The position numbers and the translations under genes are program-made. The notes under the pieces were generated by a model. That model had not been told where the DNA came from. It did no database searches and saw only the letters and a list, made by a program, of their open reading frames with translations. Shown piece by piece: positions 1-10,165 of a stretch of 32,000 nt of DNA (positions are counted from its first letter, which is position 1; each line of letters begins with the position of its first letter). The stretch lies in the sequence record OZ287089.1, one strand, 5' to 3'.

Positions 1-161
1 ATAAAAGTTTTTATTATTTAGCCTTAAAAACGCATCATACGGTTTAAATTTTATTCCTCTAGGATGATAAAATAGTATTTTATTCAGACTGAGAAATATG
101 ATTAAATCTGATAAAATAGCTGGTTATAGATTCATAAAATAGTGGCTATTTTTTTTATAAG

Positions 162-404
162 ATGAATATTAATAAAAAGTTATTATGTTTAATGTTACCA
201 TCAGGTCTTATCTGAGCATGTGTAGATTTAATCGAATCATCTGTCGGTATAGTTCTTTATGGTGCACTTATACTAGATGTGGCAAGAAACCCTGCTCTAA
301 GAGGACAGTTGTTTTCATACGAGATACAAGGTTTTTCACTTTATGAGGCAACTGGGCTATTTGCTATTATGATGGCTTTTGTTCGTCGCCTTATATGGGA
401 TTAA
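162..404 (+). CDS. atp9: ATP synthase F0 subunit c (atp9)-like ORF, 80 codons, strongly divergent and possibly decaying
   Basis: Hand translation with TGA=Trp: MNINKKLLCLMLPSGLIWACVDLIESSVGIVLYGALILDVARNPALRGQLFSYEIQGFSLYEATGLFAIMMAFVRRLIWD*. The loop and helix 2 (ARNPALRGQLFSY...EATGLFAIMMAF, including the proton-binding Glu) match subunit c. The helix-1 glycine motif is lost, and D/E residues sit in both helices. The ORF track missed it because of the in-frame TGA at 213-215. Confidence 0.55.
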
Positions 405-467
405 ATCTTTACAATTATTATGGGAAGATTTAACTCCCCCCTAACCCTCACAGTTTACCTTTACTAA

Positions 468-493
468 CATTTTCTTATACGATTAAGAAAATG
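468..493. other. Perfect 10-bp stem / 6-nt loop hairpin downstream of the atp9-like ORF, inside a longer imperfect pyrimidine/purine hairpin (about 436-512)
   Basis: cattttctta-tacgat-taagaaaatg read directly. Flanking ccctc...tttacc pairs with ggtaag...gaggg. Confidence 0.5.
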
Positions 494-663
494 GTAGGAA
501 GGTAAGGAGGGTAATCTAAGACCTATATAGGTAGGAAGGTATGTTACATATGGTTGTTACCTACTGATGCCGCGGGTCTTTTTGTTTTTAATCATCTAAA
601 TTTTCATCTCTAAATAAAAGCAATGTATTGGGGGGGGGCGGCACCTTAGAAAAAAAAATTAAA

Positions 664-746
664 GGAGGGTATATTGCATCGCTATGGGTGATATCCACTC
701 TAAGCCGTGGATGGGATGGTTAGTTTTAGAGGCTTTGTTTTGTAAT
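664..746 (+). repeat. Copy A of a ~85-nt repeated structured element (copy B at 12696-12781)
   Basis: ggagggtatattgcatcgctatgggtgatatccactctaagccg...ggttagtt...ggctttgttttgtaat aligns with copy B at roughly 80 percent identity by eye. It lies in the spacer upstream of cox1. Confidence 0.6.
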
Positions 747-1049
747 AATTTTTATTATTACTAGTCTAGTGTTAATACACTAATGTTATACCCCCTTTTA
801 AAAACTTAATTGAATACATAGTATAATCTTATGTGTGCTTTACTTTAATTTATTTTACAAAACAAAAAAAAATAAGCACAAAACCACTAAAAAAAAACAG
901 TGTTACATATAGGTATAAATGGTTACTTGTATATGGACATGCCTGCCCTCCCTCGTAATAGTATACAAATACAGAAGGAAATTTATAATGATTCAGAAAA
1001 CTCTGAACCCTATTGGCATATAAATATGACCCAGGTATTTCTAGAAAAA

Positions 1050-1913
<864 letters not shown>

Positions 1914-2878
1914 CAAGATGGCCCTTTAAATATATATATTTATTTAACCTTGCAACAAACTAAATGCAGGAAGTTAGTAGCTTATGTTTTACAAACTACT
2001 TTTTTTCTTACCTTTTTATCTTATCTAAATAAATTAAAAAAGGAATTTAATTAAAATTTTAAGAAAAAAAAATGTAAAAATGTTTGTACAAGAAATAGTT
2101 ATTTATACTAATAATCTGCAGATAACCAAAGCACAAAGTTTATTAAATAATTATAAATTATTTAATAAACTTAAAATCAAGGGCTTCGATGCAGGCTAAA
2201 AGATTAAGCATGTGAGTAGGAATTTCAGAGACCATACGTTTGTTTTCAACTTAGTTTTCAAATTATGATAAATAAAAAAAAATTAATAAGTGATTAGCTG
2301 GTCTAATAGATGGTGATGGTTTTTTACAATTGTCAAAAAAAGGTTATGCCTGTCTTTTAACTATGGAAACACGAGATAACAACTGCCTTTTTCTAATAAA
2401 ACAAAAACTTGATCGCTCTGTTAAATTAAAATATGATGCAAACTGACTTAGGTTTAGATTAGATGATAAGCAAGGAATACTCCTTATAGTTAATGCTGTG
2501 AAGGGTTTAATTAGAAACCCTTATCGTATTTTACAATTAGGTGAAATATGTGCTAAGTATAATATAGAGTTAAAATATCTTAATTCTTTAACTTATAATA
2601 GTGCATGATTTTTTGGTTTTCTTGACTCTGCTGACTCAGATGGTAGCGTTTATTTAAACTTGTTGAGTAGTCAGGTTTTTTGAGATAAACCCTTGCAAAT
2701 CAGCAAAGCAGAATAGACTAAAATTATGGGTATATTACTATAAACTTCTAAAAATAAAGGCTCATATAGCTTCAAGTAATTCTTTATTAGGTAAAAATTT
2801 AAACTTTATAAAAATTTGGAAAAATTATAAATAAATTGAAAAAGAAATGGTCCAGTATAACTCATAAGAGTATATTTG
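1914..2878 (+). mobile_element. cox1 group I intron 1 (phase 0)
   Basis: It interrupts SVFG|[8 protein letters not shown]. The 5' exon ends in U and the intron ends in G (2878). Core-like motif tcagagaccatacg at about 2225-2238. It contains an eroded LAGLIDADG ORF. Confidence 0.75.
2276..2716 (+). pseudogene. Eroded LAGLIDADG homing endonuclease ORF (truncated, no in-frame ATG)
   Basis: KKINKWLAGLIDGDGFLQLSKKGYACLLTMETRDNN...SAWFFGFLDSADSDGSVYLNLLSSQVFW...*. Both dodecapeptide motifs are visible, but the second domain is cut short. The only nearby ATG (2265) is out of frame across a poly-A run. Confidence 0.7.
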
Positions 2879-2971
2879 TATCTTGGAATGGTATATGCCA
2901 TGATGTCCATTGGAGTATTAGGTTTTGTTGTGTGAAGTCACCACATGTACAGTGTTGGTTTAGACGTGGAT
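2879..2971 (+). CDS. cox1: Cytochrome c oxidase subunit 1, exon 2
   Basis: [31 protein letters not shown], preceded by intron-terminal G 2878. The exon ends in gaT. Confidence 0.85.
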
Positions 2972-3990
2972 ACACTTGTGTTCACGGGAAAAATCTTGCT
3001 ATATGCTGGAAATTTCTGTATAAGTAGTCCACTCGTATTTTTTGCGTTAGGTACAATCTACTTACTGCAGTATTATCTGCCGGAACAATCAGCAGGAAAC
3101 TTTGGTTTTAGTACAAAAGCTACGGCAGTTGCTAAAAATACTTATAATAATATATTAACTTACCTTTATCTGAAGATATACCTAATCATAAAAGTAATAT
3201 TACAGACGATGAATTAGGTTATTTCTTAGCAGGATTAAACGAAGTAGACGGTTGGTTTGGAAAAAAATAATTGCATATTATTTTTGCTGAAAATTATACC
3301 TCTTTGGCTTACTATATTAAAAAACGAATTGGATATGGTAACGTTTACAAAATTAAAGACAAAAAAGCAGTAAGATATATTTGTAAAAATGCAAATGGTT
3401 TATCTATTATTCTTTATTTAATAAATGGTAAATTGGTAAGTAATTATAAATATGAACAATTAATTAAACACAATTATAGTAAAGATTTTAACCTTAAAAT
3501 CTTACCAGCTAAAAAAAAAATTAAGTTTATATAATTATTGATTAGCTGGTTTTACTCAGGCTTATGGTTTTTTTCATATAAGTGTTGCAAAAAGTAAAAC
3601 ACATAAAACAGGCTATAGTGCAATATTAGAATATTCTCTAAAACAAAACGATGATTTACCTTTAAACCTTTTATTCTATCTTTTGAAGATTGGCAATCTT
3701 TCTCAATATAGCACAGGAATATGATGTTATAAAAGCTCAGGTTTTAAAACAGCAGTAACTTTAATTATTTTGATAGATTTAATCTTTTTGCTGATAAATA
3801 TAAAGATTATCTTAAGTTTAGAAAAGTGTATATTATGATAACACAAGGGAAACATTTAGAGGACAAAGGTATAAAAAAATTAGAAGTATTACAACTAAAG
3901 GATCCTCAGAGACAAGCACGCAAGAAGTTTAATATACCGCCTTTGCGACATAATATTAAATTAAGATACTGTCCACTATTTAGCTTTTAG
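2972..3990 (+). mobile_element. cox1 group I intron 2 (phase 0)
   Basis: It splits DVD|TRAYFT. The aca triplet occurs at both junctions, so the boundary is ambiguous by 3 nt; the U/G rule favours 2971/3991. Core motif gatcctcagagacaagcacgc at about 3901-3922. Confidence 0.75.
3190..3900 (+). pseudogene. Frameshifted LAGLIDADG homing endonuclease gene
   Basis: Motif 1 is DDELGYFLAGLNEVDGWFGKK* (about 3208-3270). The middle segment is track ORF 3271..3534. Motif 2 is WLAGFTQAYGFFHISVAKSKTHKTGY (about 3539-3620, catalytic Asp replaced by Tyr). At least three frames and several stops are needed to read through. Confidence 0.7.
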
Positions 3991-4197
3991 ACAAGAGCTT
4001 ACTTCACAGCCGCTACCTTAATTATAGCAGTACCTACTGGTATTAAAATATTCAGTTGATTAGCCACCTGTTATGGTGGATCACTTCAATTAACACCACC
4101 TATGTTGTTTGCATTAGGATTTGTGTTTATGTTTACTATAGGTGGGCTTAGTGGAGTCGTTTTAGCTAATGCTTCACTTGATATTGCATTTCACGAT
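3991..4197 (+). CDS. cox1: Cytochrome c oxidase subunit 1, exon 3
   Basis: [69 protein letters not shown]. Preceded by G 3990 and ends in gaT. Confidence 0.9.
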
Positions 4198-5034
4198 ATT
4201 CCAGTTTATAATAAAATAGTAAAGGAATCAAAAAAAAATTGGAATTCACCTTTTATATCTAAGAACGATTATTTAACAATAGAAGATAAAACTTACATAG
4301 AACAATTTTTTGTAGGATTACTTGAGGGAGATGGTACTATTACAAGTAATTTAAATCATAATAAATTAAATAATATTGTTATACGTATAGTAATTTCCTT
4401 AAAAAACAATACAGAAAATGTTATTATGCTTAATAAAATAAGAGAAGTTATAGGAGGTAGAGTAGTAATTGAAAGAAAAAATAGTTATGTTACATGAATT
4501 GCTAGTCATAAAAATGATTTAGCTAAAGTATTTGTAATTTTAGCTAAATATCCTTTATTAACTGCAAGAAAACAATGTCAATTAGACTTTGTTAAAGATT
4601 GTTTATTAGAAAAAGATATTTTAAATTTTATAGAAAATAGAAATAATAAATACAATAAAAAAAAAGTCTATTTGCAAAATTTTGAAACTTGAAATTCATT
4701 ACCTACATACTTTGCTCCTTGATTATCTGGGTTTATAGAAGCAGAGGGTAATTTTAATTTAGTGTTTAATGAAAAAGGTGTTTTAAGAGGGTCTAAGTTT
4801 TCTATAGGCCAAAACGATGAAATACATATTTTAAACTGAATAAAATTCTATTTCAATAGTAATAATGCTATTAGCAAATATAAACCCAAGATTAACGGTA
4901 ATTTTCAATATTGTCGTCTAGATCTTTATAATGCTGAATCTAGAAGACTTTTATTTGAACATTTTAAAAATTATCCTTTATTAGGTTACAAAAATGTTTC
5001 TTATAAGAAATTTTATGATTATCATAATATTTAG
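4198..5034 (+). CDS. LAGLIDADG homing endonuclease, apparently intact, in frame with cox1 exon 3
   Basis: About 278 codons with no stops under table 4 (four TGA=Trp), ending at TAG 5032-5034. Two motifs are present: [16 protein letters not shown] and [17 protein letters not shown]. This extends track ORF 4102..4497. Confidence 0.8.
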
Positions 5035-5646
5035 TTAATGGAGTAAAAAAAATTTTTTTTTTCTTTCTTTGAAAAACTGTTTTAGTGCTTATATGTGTTG
5101 TGTTGTCACATTGCTTTATTAAATAATCCTTAAGTATATCCTTTTATTTAAAAGATTTTTAATACGTAATATATAATTTAATTATATATTGCGAACGGTG
5201 GAATTTATAATAAATACTATAATGCAAGTATTTTACGACATTATTGTAAACTATACCGTGGATTCTTTTTATTAATATAAAAGGATCTGTAGAGACTATA
5301 CGCAATGTATTTAATTTTAAAAGAAATTGTTAAAATTAATAAAGATTTAGTCCGATCTCCCTTATAAATTGTTTCATTTAAAAAGCCTACTTAAGAGCGT
5401 ATGCTTTAAACTAAAATGAGTTTAAATGAAACATATAAATAGGGTAAACTTAAGTAAATATATATATATATTTACTTAAGTTTTTATATTTAACTTATGT
5501 TTTAATACTATCTGTGTATTTATTATTTAAATTTAATAATTTTATTAAATACAATAACTATAAGAGTACGAATATCAATGGATTACCACCTAAGAAACCT
5601 AATAAATTTATACTCTTTATTAAGAAACTCTTAAATAGAATTTTAA

Positions 5647-6366
5647 CAAAAAATAAAGTTTTTATATAGTAGTATTATTATTTTTACTTTTACTACAGGA
5701 TTCCTTGGAAGGTATCTCATTCAAACTTTTTTAGATGTAAATGTATTTAAAGATTTATTAAATATAATATCTGTTAGTTATTATGCTTTAATGGCATTAT
5801 ACATACCTATTATACGAGAAGTTATTGCTGAGTTATTAGAGATTAATACTCTAATGATGAATGCAGGTGGTAACCCACCTGCTCCTGCTCCTGCACCAGG
5901 TAACGTTAACCTAGCTGGAAACCCTATGGATATACAAAATCTACTTAATCCTAAGCCAGCTAATAATCCTGGAGCTAACCAAGTTCAACCTGTTAATAAT
6001 CCCGGAGGACAATTAGCTAATCCTCCAGCTGGTGGTGGTGGTAATTTAAGGGCTGGAAGAGTTAATGGTCCTATACAGGTTGATGATCCGAGTAATTAGA
6101 ACTATCAATACAGATATAATGGTGAAAATCAGCCATTACTTGATAATATTGCTATAAGTTTAGATCACAAAGCTAGTATAGGTAGTTATTCCTTAAGTCA
6201 TTATACTTTTACTCATGAGAAAGAGCAATTTATATTAACCTTTTTATGGCATAACCATAGAAGTGTATATGATAATATTATGCAGGGTCCGCCTGGTAGT
6301 AAACCACCTCTATGGTGGAAGCAGAGTAATAACAAATCTTATAGAGATTTATTAAAAAAATGCTAG
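5647..6366 (+). CDS. Orphan ORF in the 3' part of cox1 intron 3, not endonuclease-like (240 codons with one in-frame TAG at 6097-6099; first ATG at 5791)
   Basis: The frame is open from 5647 (after TAA 5644-5646). The N-terminus is hydrophobic (YSSIIIFTFTTGFLGRYLIQTF...MALYIPIIREVIAELL). A P/N/G-rich tract follows (GGNPPAPAPAPGNVNLAGNP...NPPAGGGGNL). After the TAG, 88 more open codons run (NYQYRYNGENQPLLDNIAISLDHK...PPLWWKQSNNKSYRDLLKKC*). Confidence 0.35.
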
Positions 6367-6405
6367 ATAAATATAATAATTTATCATGGTTTTATATTAA
6401 CACAG

Positions 6406-6594
6406 ACGTATTACGTTGTAGCTCATTTCCACTATGTGTTAAGTATGGGTGCAGTATTTGCACTATACAGTGCATGATATTTTTGGATACCTAAAATATT
6501 AGGTATAAACTATAATATATACTGAGGAAAAATACATTTTTGAATATTATTTATAGGGGTTAATGTTACATTTTTCCCTCAGCATTTTTTAGGT
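6406..6594 (+). CDS. cox1: Cytochrome c oxidase subunit 1, exon 4
   Basis: [63 protein letters not shown]. The exon ends in ggT. Confidence 0.9.
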
Positions 6595-7039
6595 CATGTA
6601 GGCCCTGTTTTATACATAAGTTTTGAACATGCATATCGCTATTTGCTGGAAATTCTCTTTAGTTTATAATAATTAAAAGGACAATCAGCAGGAAACCAAA
6701 TTAATTGCTGAATAGTTATAAGTAGGTTCCTCAGAGACTAAACGCGATAAATTCTAAAAATACAAATAGAATTATGATATAGTCCGATATAAAATAGAAA
6801 TATTTTTTTTTATTTTTTAGTATATGCGCTTAAAAGCTCAAAATCTAAAAAATGTATTTATAATACATCATTTTATAATAATAGTGAACCTTTTAATGAA
6901 GATCCTAAAAAAGATAAAAAATAAGAAACTGCAATTTAAAAGTAAATAGAAAATAATAATTTAATTTTCATTGACCATCAGTATGATAAAAAAAATTACA
7001 TCCTTTATGTATTCACAATCTAAAGTCCAAGCCTGTTAG

Positions 7040-7920
7040 TATATATAGTTTTATAAATAAAACCGCAATTTTTTCTAACTATAAATGTTTTAGTGGAATA
7101 TATCTTATACATAATTAAATAAATGGTAAACAATATATAGGAAGTGGCTATGATTTAAGCAAGAGAATAGTTAACTACAATTTACTTTTTCCTTTTCCTT
7201 TTCCTTTTCCTTTTCCTTTTCCTTTTCCTTTTCTTTTTCCTTTTCCATTAATAGATAAGAGATATATATTTAATTCTTTATTAAAATATGGGCACAATAA
7301 CTTTGTTCTTGTTATTTTATAAGTATTAGGTAAATCAGAATTACAATCCTAGTCAGATACAATTAGTAAAGAACAGTATTGTATAGATTTGTATATGCCT
7401 ATTTTAAATTAAAATCCAGTAGCTAGTTCATCTCTAGTATTTAAACAATATACCGAGGATTTTAAAAAACTAATAGCTGAATTTAGAAAAGATAAACCAG
7501 TATCTGAACTAACTAAAAAAACTTAGTATATTATTTTAAGGTTAATTAAATCCTTTTTGGGGAGGAAAAGTAAGGAAAAAAAAGCATAATGTAAAAACTA
7601 AAAAAGAAAAATGTGTGTTTCTAAGTTATAAATATTAAATCCTATCTTCAATAAAGATAAATCCAAATAATTTAGAGAACAAATGTATAAAGACAAATCA
7701 GTAGCTAATAATCCTATGTTTGGTAAAAGAGAAGCCCATAAACTCTAGCTAAAATAAGTATAAAAGTATATTTATATAACGCTGAAACACAATAACTAAT
7801 TAGATTATATGATAGTATGAGTCTGGATTGCTGTAAAAGACTTAAAGATTGCTAGTGAAACCATTAAAAAGTATTTAAATACTGATAAAGTTTCTAAAAA
7901 CTTCTTATTTTACTCTTAAT
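7040..7920 (+). pseudogene. Eroded GIY-YIG homing endonuclease gene, interrupted by a microsatellite
   Basis: SGIYLIHN*INGKQYIGSGYDLSKRIVNY (GIY...YIG motifs), then (CCTTTT)n. Then SLLKYGHNNFVLVIL*, EQYCIDLYMPILN*, NNPMFGKR and a C-terminal ...LKIASETIKKYLNTDKVSKNFLFYS*. There are many stops and frame changes. Confidence 0.7.
7191..7246. repeat. (CCTTTT)n hexanucleotide microsatellite, about 9 units
   Basis: Counted directly: 7 perfect units from 7191, then one cttttt, one more cctttt and a trailing cc. It sits inside the GIY-YIG pseudogene. Confidence 0.95.
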
Positions 7921-7949
7921 TAAAATAAATGATTGTTATAAATAAAATG

Positions 7950-8882
7950 CTACAAGGAATGCCAAGAAGAATAAGCGATTATCCTGACGCCTTTGCAGGT
8001 TGAAATTTAATCAGTAGTTTAGGTTCTTTGGTTAGTGTGGTAGCAACTTGATTATTTTTATATATCTTGTATGACCAATTAGTTAATGGTAAAGCTACAT
8101 CAAGATATCCTTGATTAACTCCTCAATTTTATATTGATAGTTTACAAGCTCTATTATCAAGAGCTTATAGTTCTTTAGAATGAGGGGTTAATAGCCCACC
8201 TAAACCACATGCTTTTGTTAGTTTACCTGCACAAAGTAGTTTTTTTTATTTAAATAAATCTAAACTAATTTTTAACAGTAAACTTGCTATTCTTGGTTGT
8301 ACTAGAGGTTTTTCTAATACATCATCGTTAAGTTCTAGCGAACCTAACGGTATAGTAGATAGAAATACTCTTTTATATAATCAGTCATCAAGGTATGACA
8401 ATGTCGATGCTTTAGTTAATCGGATTAATACCAGTACAAGTCCGGCTGAGGTTAGAGCATTAAGAGATCATGCGGTTGATACAAAGGAAATGTTTAGTAA
8501 TCTAAATCATCAGGATGATGTAACTACACGGCGTGAATTTCATGCTGACACTGTGTTTGAGGTTTCAACTGATCGTTTAGAACAAATGGAAGCTGATGCT
8601 AATGCTAATCCCGATGACAATAATAATGATAATGGAGGTCCTGATACAAATAACAATAATCCTGACAATTATGATAATGCTGGTTCAAATGGTTTAGGGT
8701 CAGGTTCAGCTAACTCTAACGGTATTTCATCTTCTTCTAATCATGTTGAGGCTGCTTCTTCACATTCTCAAGATAATCTGTCATTAAATATTATAGATTA
8801 TCTTGTAGAAAAATTACAGTTAGTACAAATGGATATATTTGATCCTGAAATAATTCTTTATTTAATATCACTTTTATTTTAA
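7950..8882 (+). CDS. cox1: Cytochrome c oxidase subunit 1, exon 5, including a ~213-codon non-canonical in-frame C-terminal extension (about 8241-8879)
   Basis: [48 protein letters not shown]...[23 protein letters not shown]. I checked every codon from 8220 to 8492 by hand and found no stop, so the frame joins track ORF 8490..8882 and ends at TAA 8880-8882. Confidence 0.8.
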
Positions 8883-9165
8883 ATAATGTTTTATTAAGGA
8901 GATTACAACTAAGAGGTGATTGCTTTAGTTATTGTTTTATTATCCTGTATAAAGAGTAGAATAAGTACCTATGGATATAACTTATCTTGGTACAATTATG
9001 AATATAATTTTACTTCTTTCTTTTTTTTCTGATAATTCCGATAATAATTAGCTTTAACTACAGTATATTATAAGTCTTGTAGCAATTTTTTTACAATGTA
9101 ATTGCATAGCTAGAGTAACTTCTTAAATTAAAAAGAGATATCTTATATAAAATATTTAGGTTTTT

Positions 9166-9213
9166 CCTTTTCCTTTTCCTTTTCCTTTTCCTTTTCCTTT
9201 TCCTTTTCCTTTT
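9166..9213. repeat. (CCTTTT)n microsatellite, 8 units, second locus
   Basis: Counted directly. Same unit and orientation as 7191-7246. Confidence 0.95.
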
Positions 9214-9900
9214 TATATCTTTAATTAGGTTTTACGCACATATTATAAAGCTTTATAATATACCACCTAATAACTCTATTATAAAATATAAACATGCTAA
9301 TGATCAATAGTTTAGTTTTAATTAATCCAGCTGGTTATCTATGTGCTACAATTGTGATAGCTGTAGCCTATACAGGTTGGTATGAATAAGCTGCATTTTT
9401 CTATGGTGTGGCTAGTCTGATTGGTGTTACTTACCCTCTAGGTATTGGTTGATATATAATTGTATTAATTGCGCGTCTGCTGTTAAATATATAGCTTTTG
9501 CATTATTATAGAATATAAATACTTCTTTTTAAGTAATCATTTTAGCAACCCCTTGTATTTTTATATGTATAATGAATTATTTTATGATATCACTGTAATT
9601 TGTTTATTTAACTAAATTTAGGTAGAGAGAGAGAGAGATACTAAAACTTTATAGCACCAGATAACTTTTTTATAAAATATAAAGAAGTTTACCGTCACAT
9701 CAGCTCATGCGGAGGTGAAGATCAATTTTATTTATAAATAATATTGCCTATAAATTTCAACTAGTATAACTGTAGTTTATAATGGAGGGTGAAAAGTATA
9801 AATTATTTTATTTATATTAGTATAGCTTATAACTTATAAATTTAGCTACAGATATAATAAAACTTTATAGCACCAAATAACTCTTTTACAAAAACATAAA

Positions 9901-10047
9901 ATGCCACAGCTGGTACCTTTTTATTTTACAGATCAAGTAACTTTTGCTTTTATACTACTAACAGTGATGGTTTATATATTTTCAAAGTACATTTTACCTA
10001 GCTTTGTTCGTTTATTTTTAGCTCGTGTTTTTATAAGTAAATTATAA
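9901..10047 (+). CDS. atp8: ATP synthase F0 subunit 8
   Basis: [48 protein letters not shown] (48 aa). The MPQLxPFYF start and the length are canonical. It is too short for the ORF track. Confidence 0.9.
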   Translation: MPQLVPFYFTDQVTFAFILLTVMVYIFSKYILPSFVRLFLARVFISKL

Positions 10048-10052
10048 AAATA

Positions 10053-10165
10053 AAGTTTATTAGCAAATAACTCTTTAATAAAAACATAAAATGCCACAGC
10101 TGGTACCTTCTTATAAAGTAACTTTTGTTTCCTTTTATACTACTAACAGTAATAGTTTAATATAA
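10053..10165 (+). pseudogene. atp8: Tandem partial duplicate of the atp8 leader plus 5' coding region (frameshifted)
   Basis: aaagtttattagcaaataactctttaataaaaacataaaATGccacagctggtacct... repeats 9861-9960 almost exactly. An internal deletion gives MPQLVPSYKVTFVSFYTTNSNSLI*. Confidence 0.75.

Larger units (their letters stand above)
4198..6405 (+). mobile_element. cox1 group I intron 3 (phase 0), carrying two ORFs
   Basis: It splits AFHD|[11 protein letters not shown]. The intron ends in G 6405. Core motif gtagagactatacgc at about 5290-5304. The LAGLIDADG ORF is fused to the upstream exon, and a second unrelated ORF fills the 3' third. Confidence 0.75.
6595..7949 (+). mobile_element. cox1 group I intron 4 (phase 0)
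   Basis: It splits QHFLG|LQGMPRR. The intron ends in G 7949. Core motif ggttcctcagagactaaacgcg at about 6726-6747. An eroded GIY-YIG ORF lies downstream of the core. Confidence 0.75.

Noticed and set aside
2836-3027. Track ORF of 63 aa on the + strand
   Set aside because: It is out of frame with, and overlapping, cox1 exon 2. The conserved reading [24 protein letters not shown] is in the other frame.
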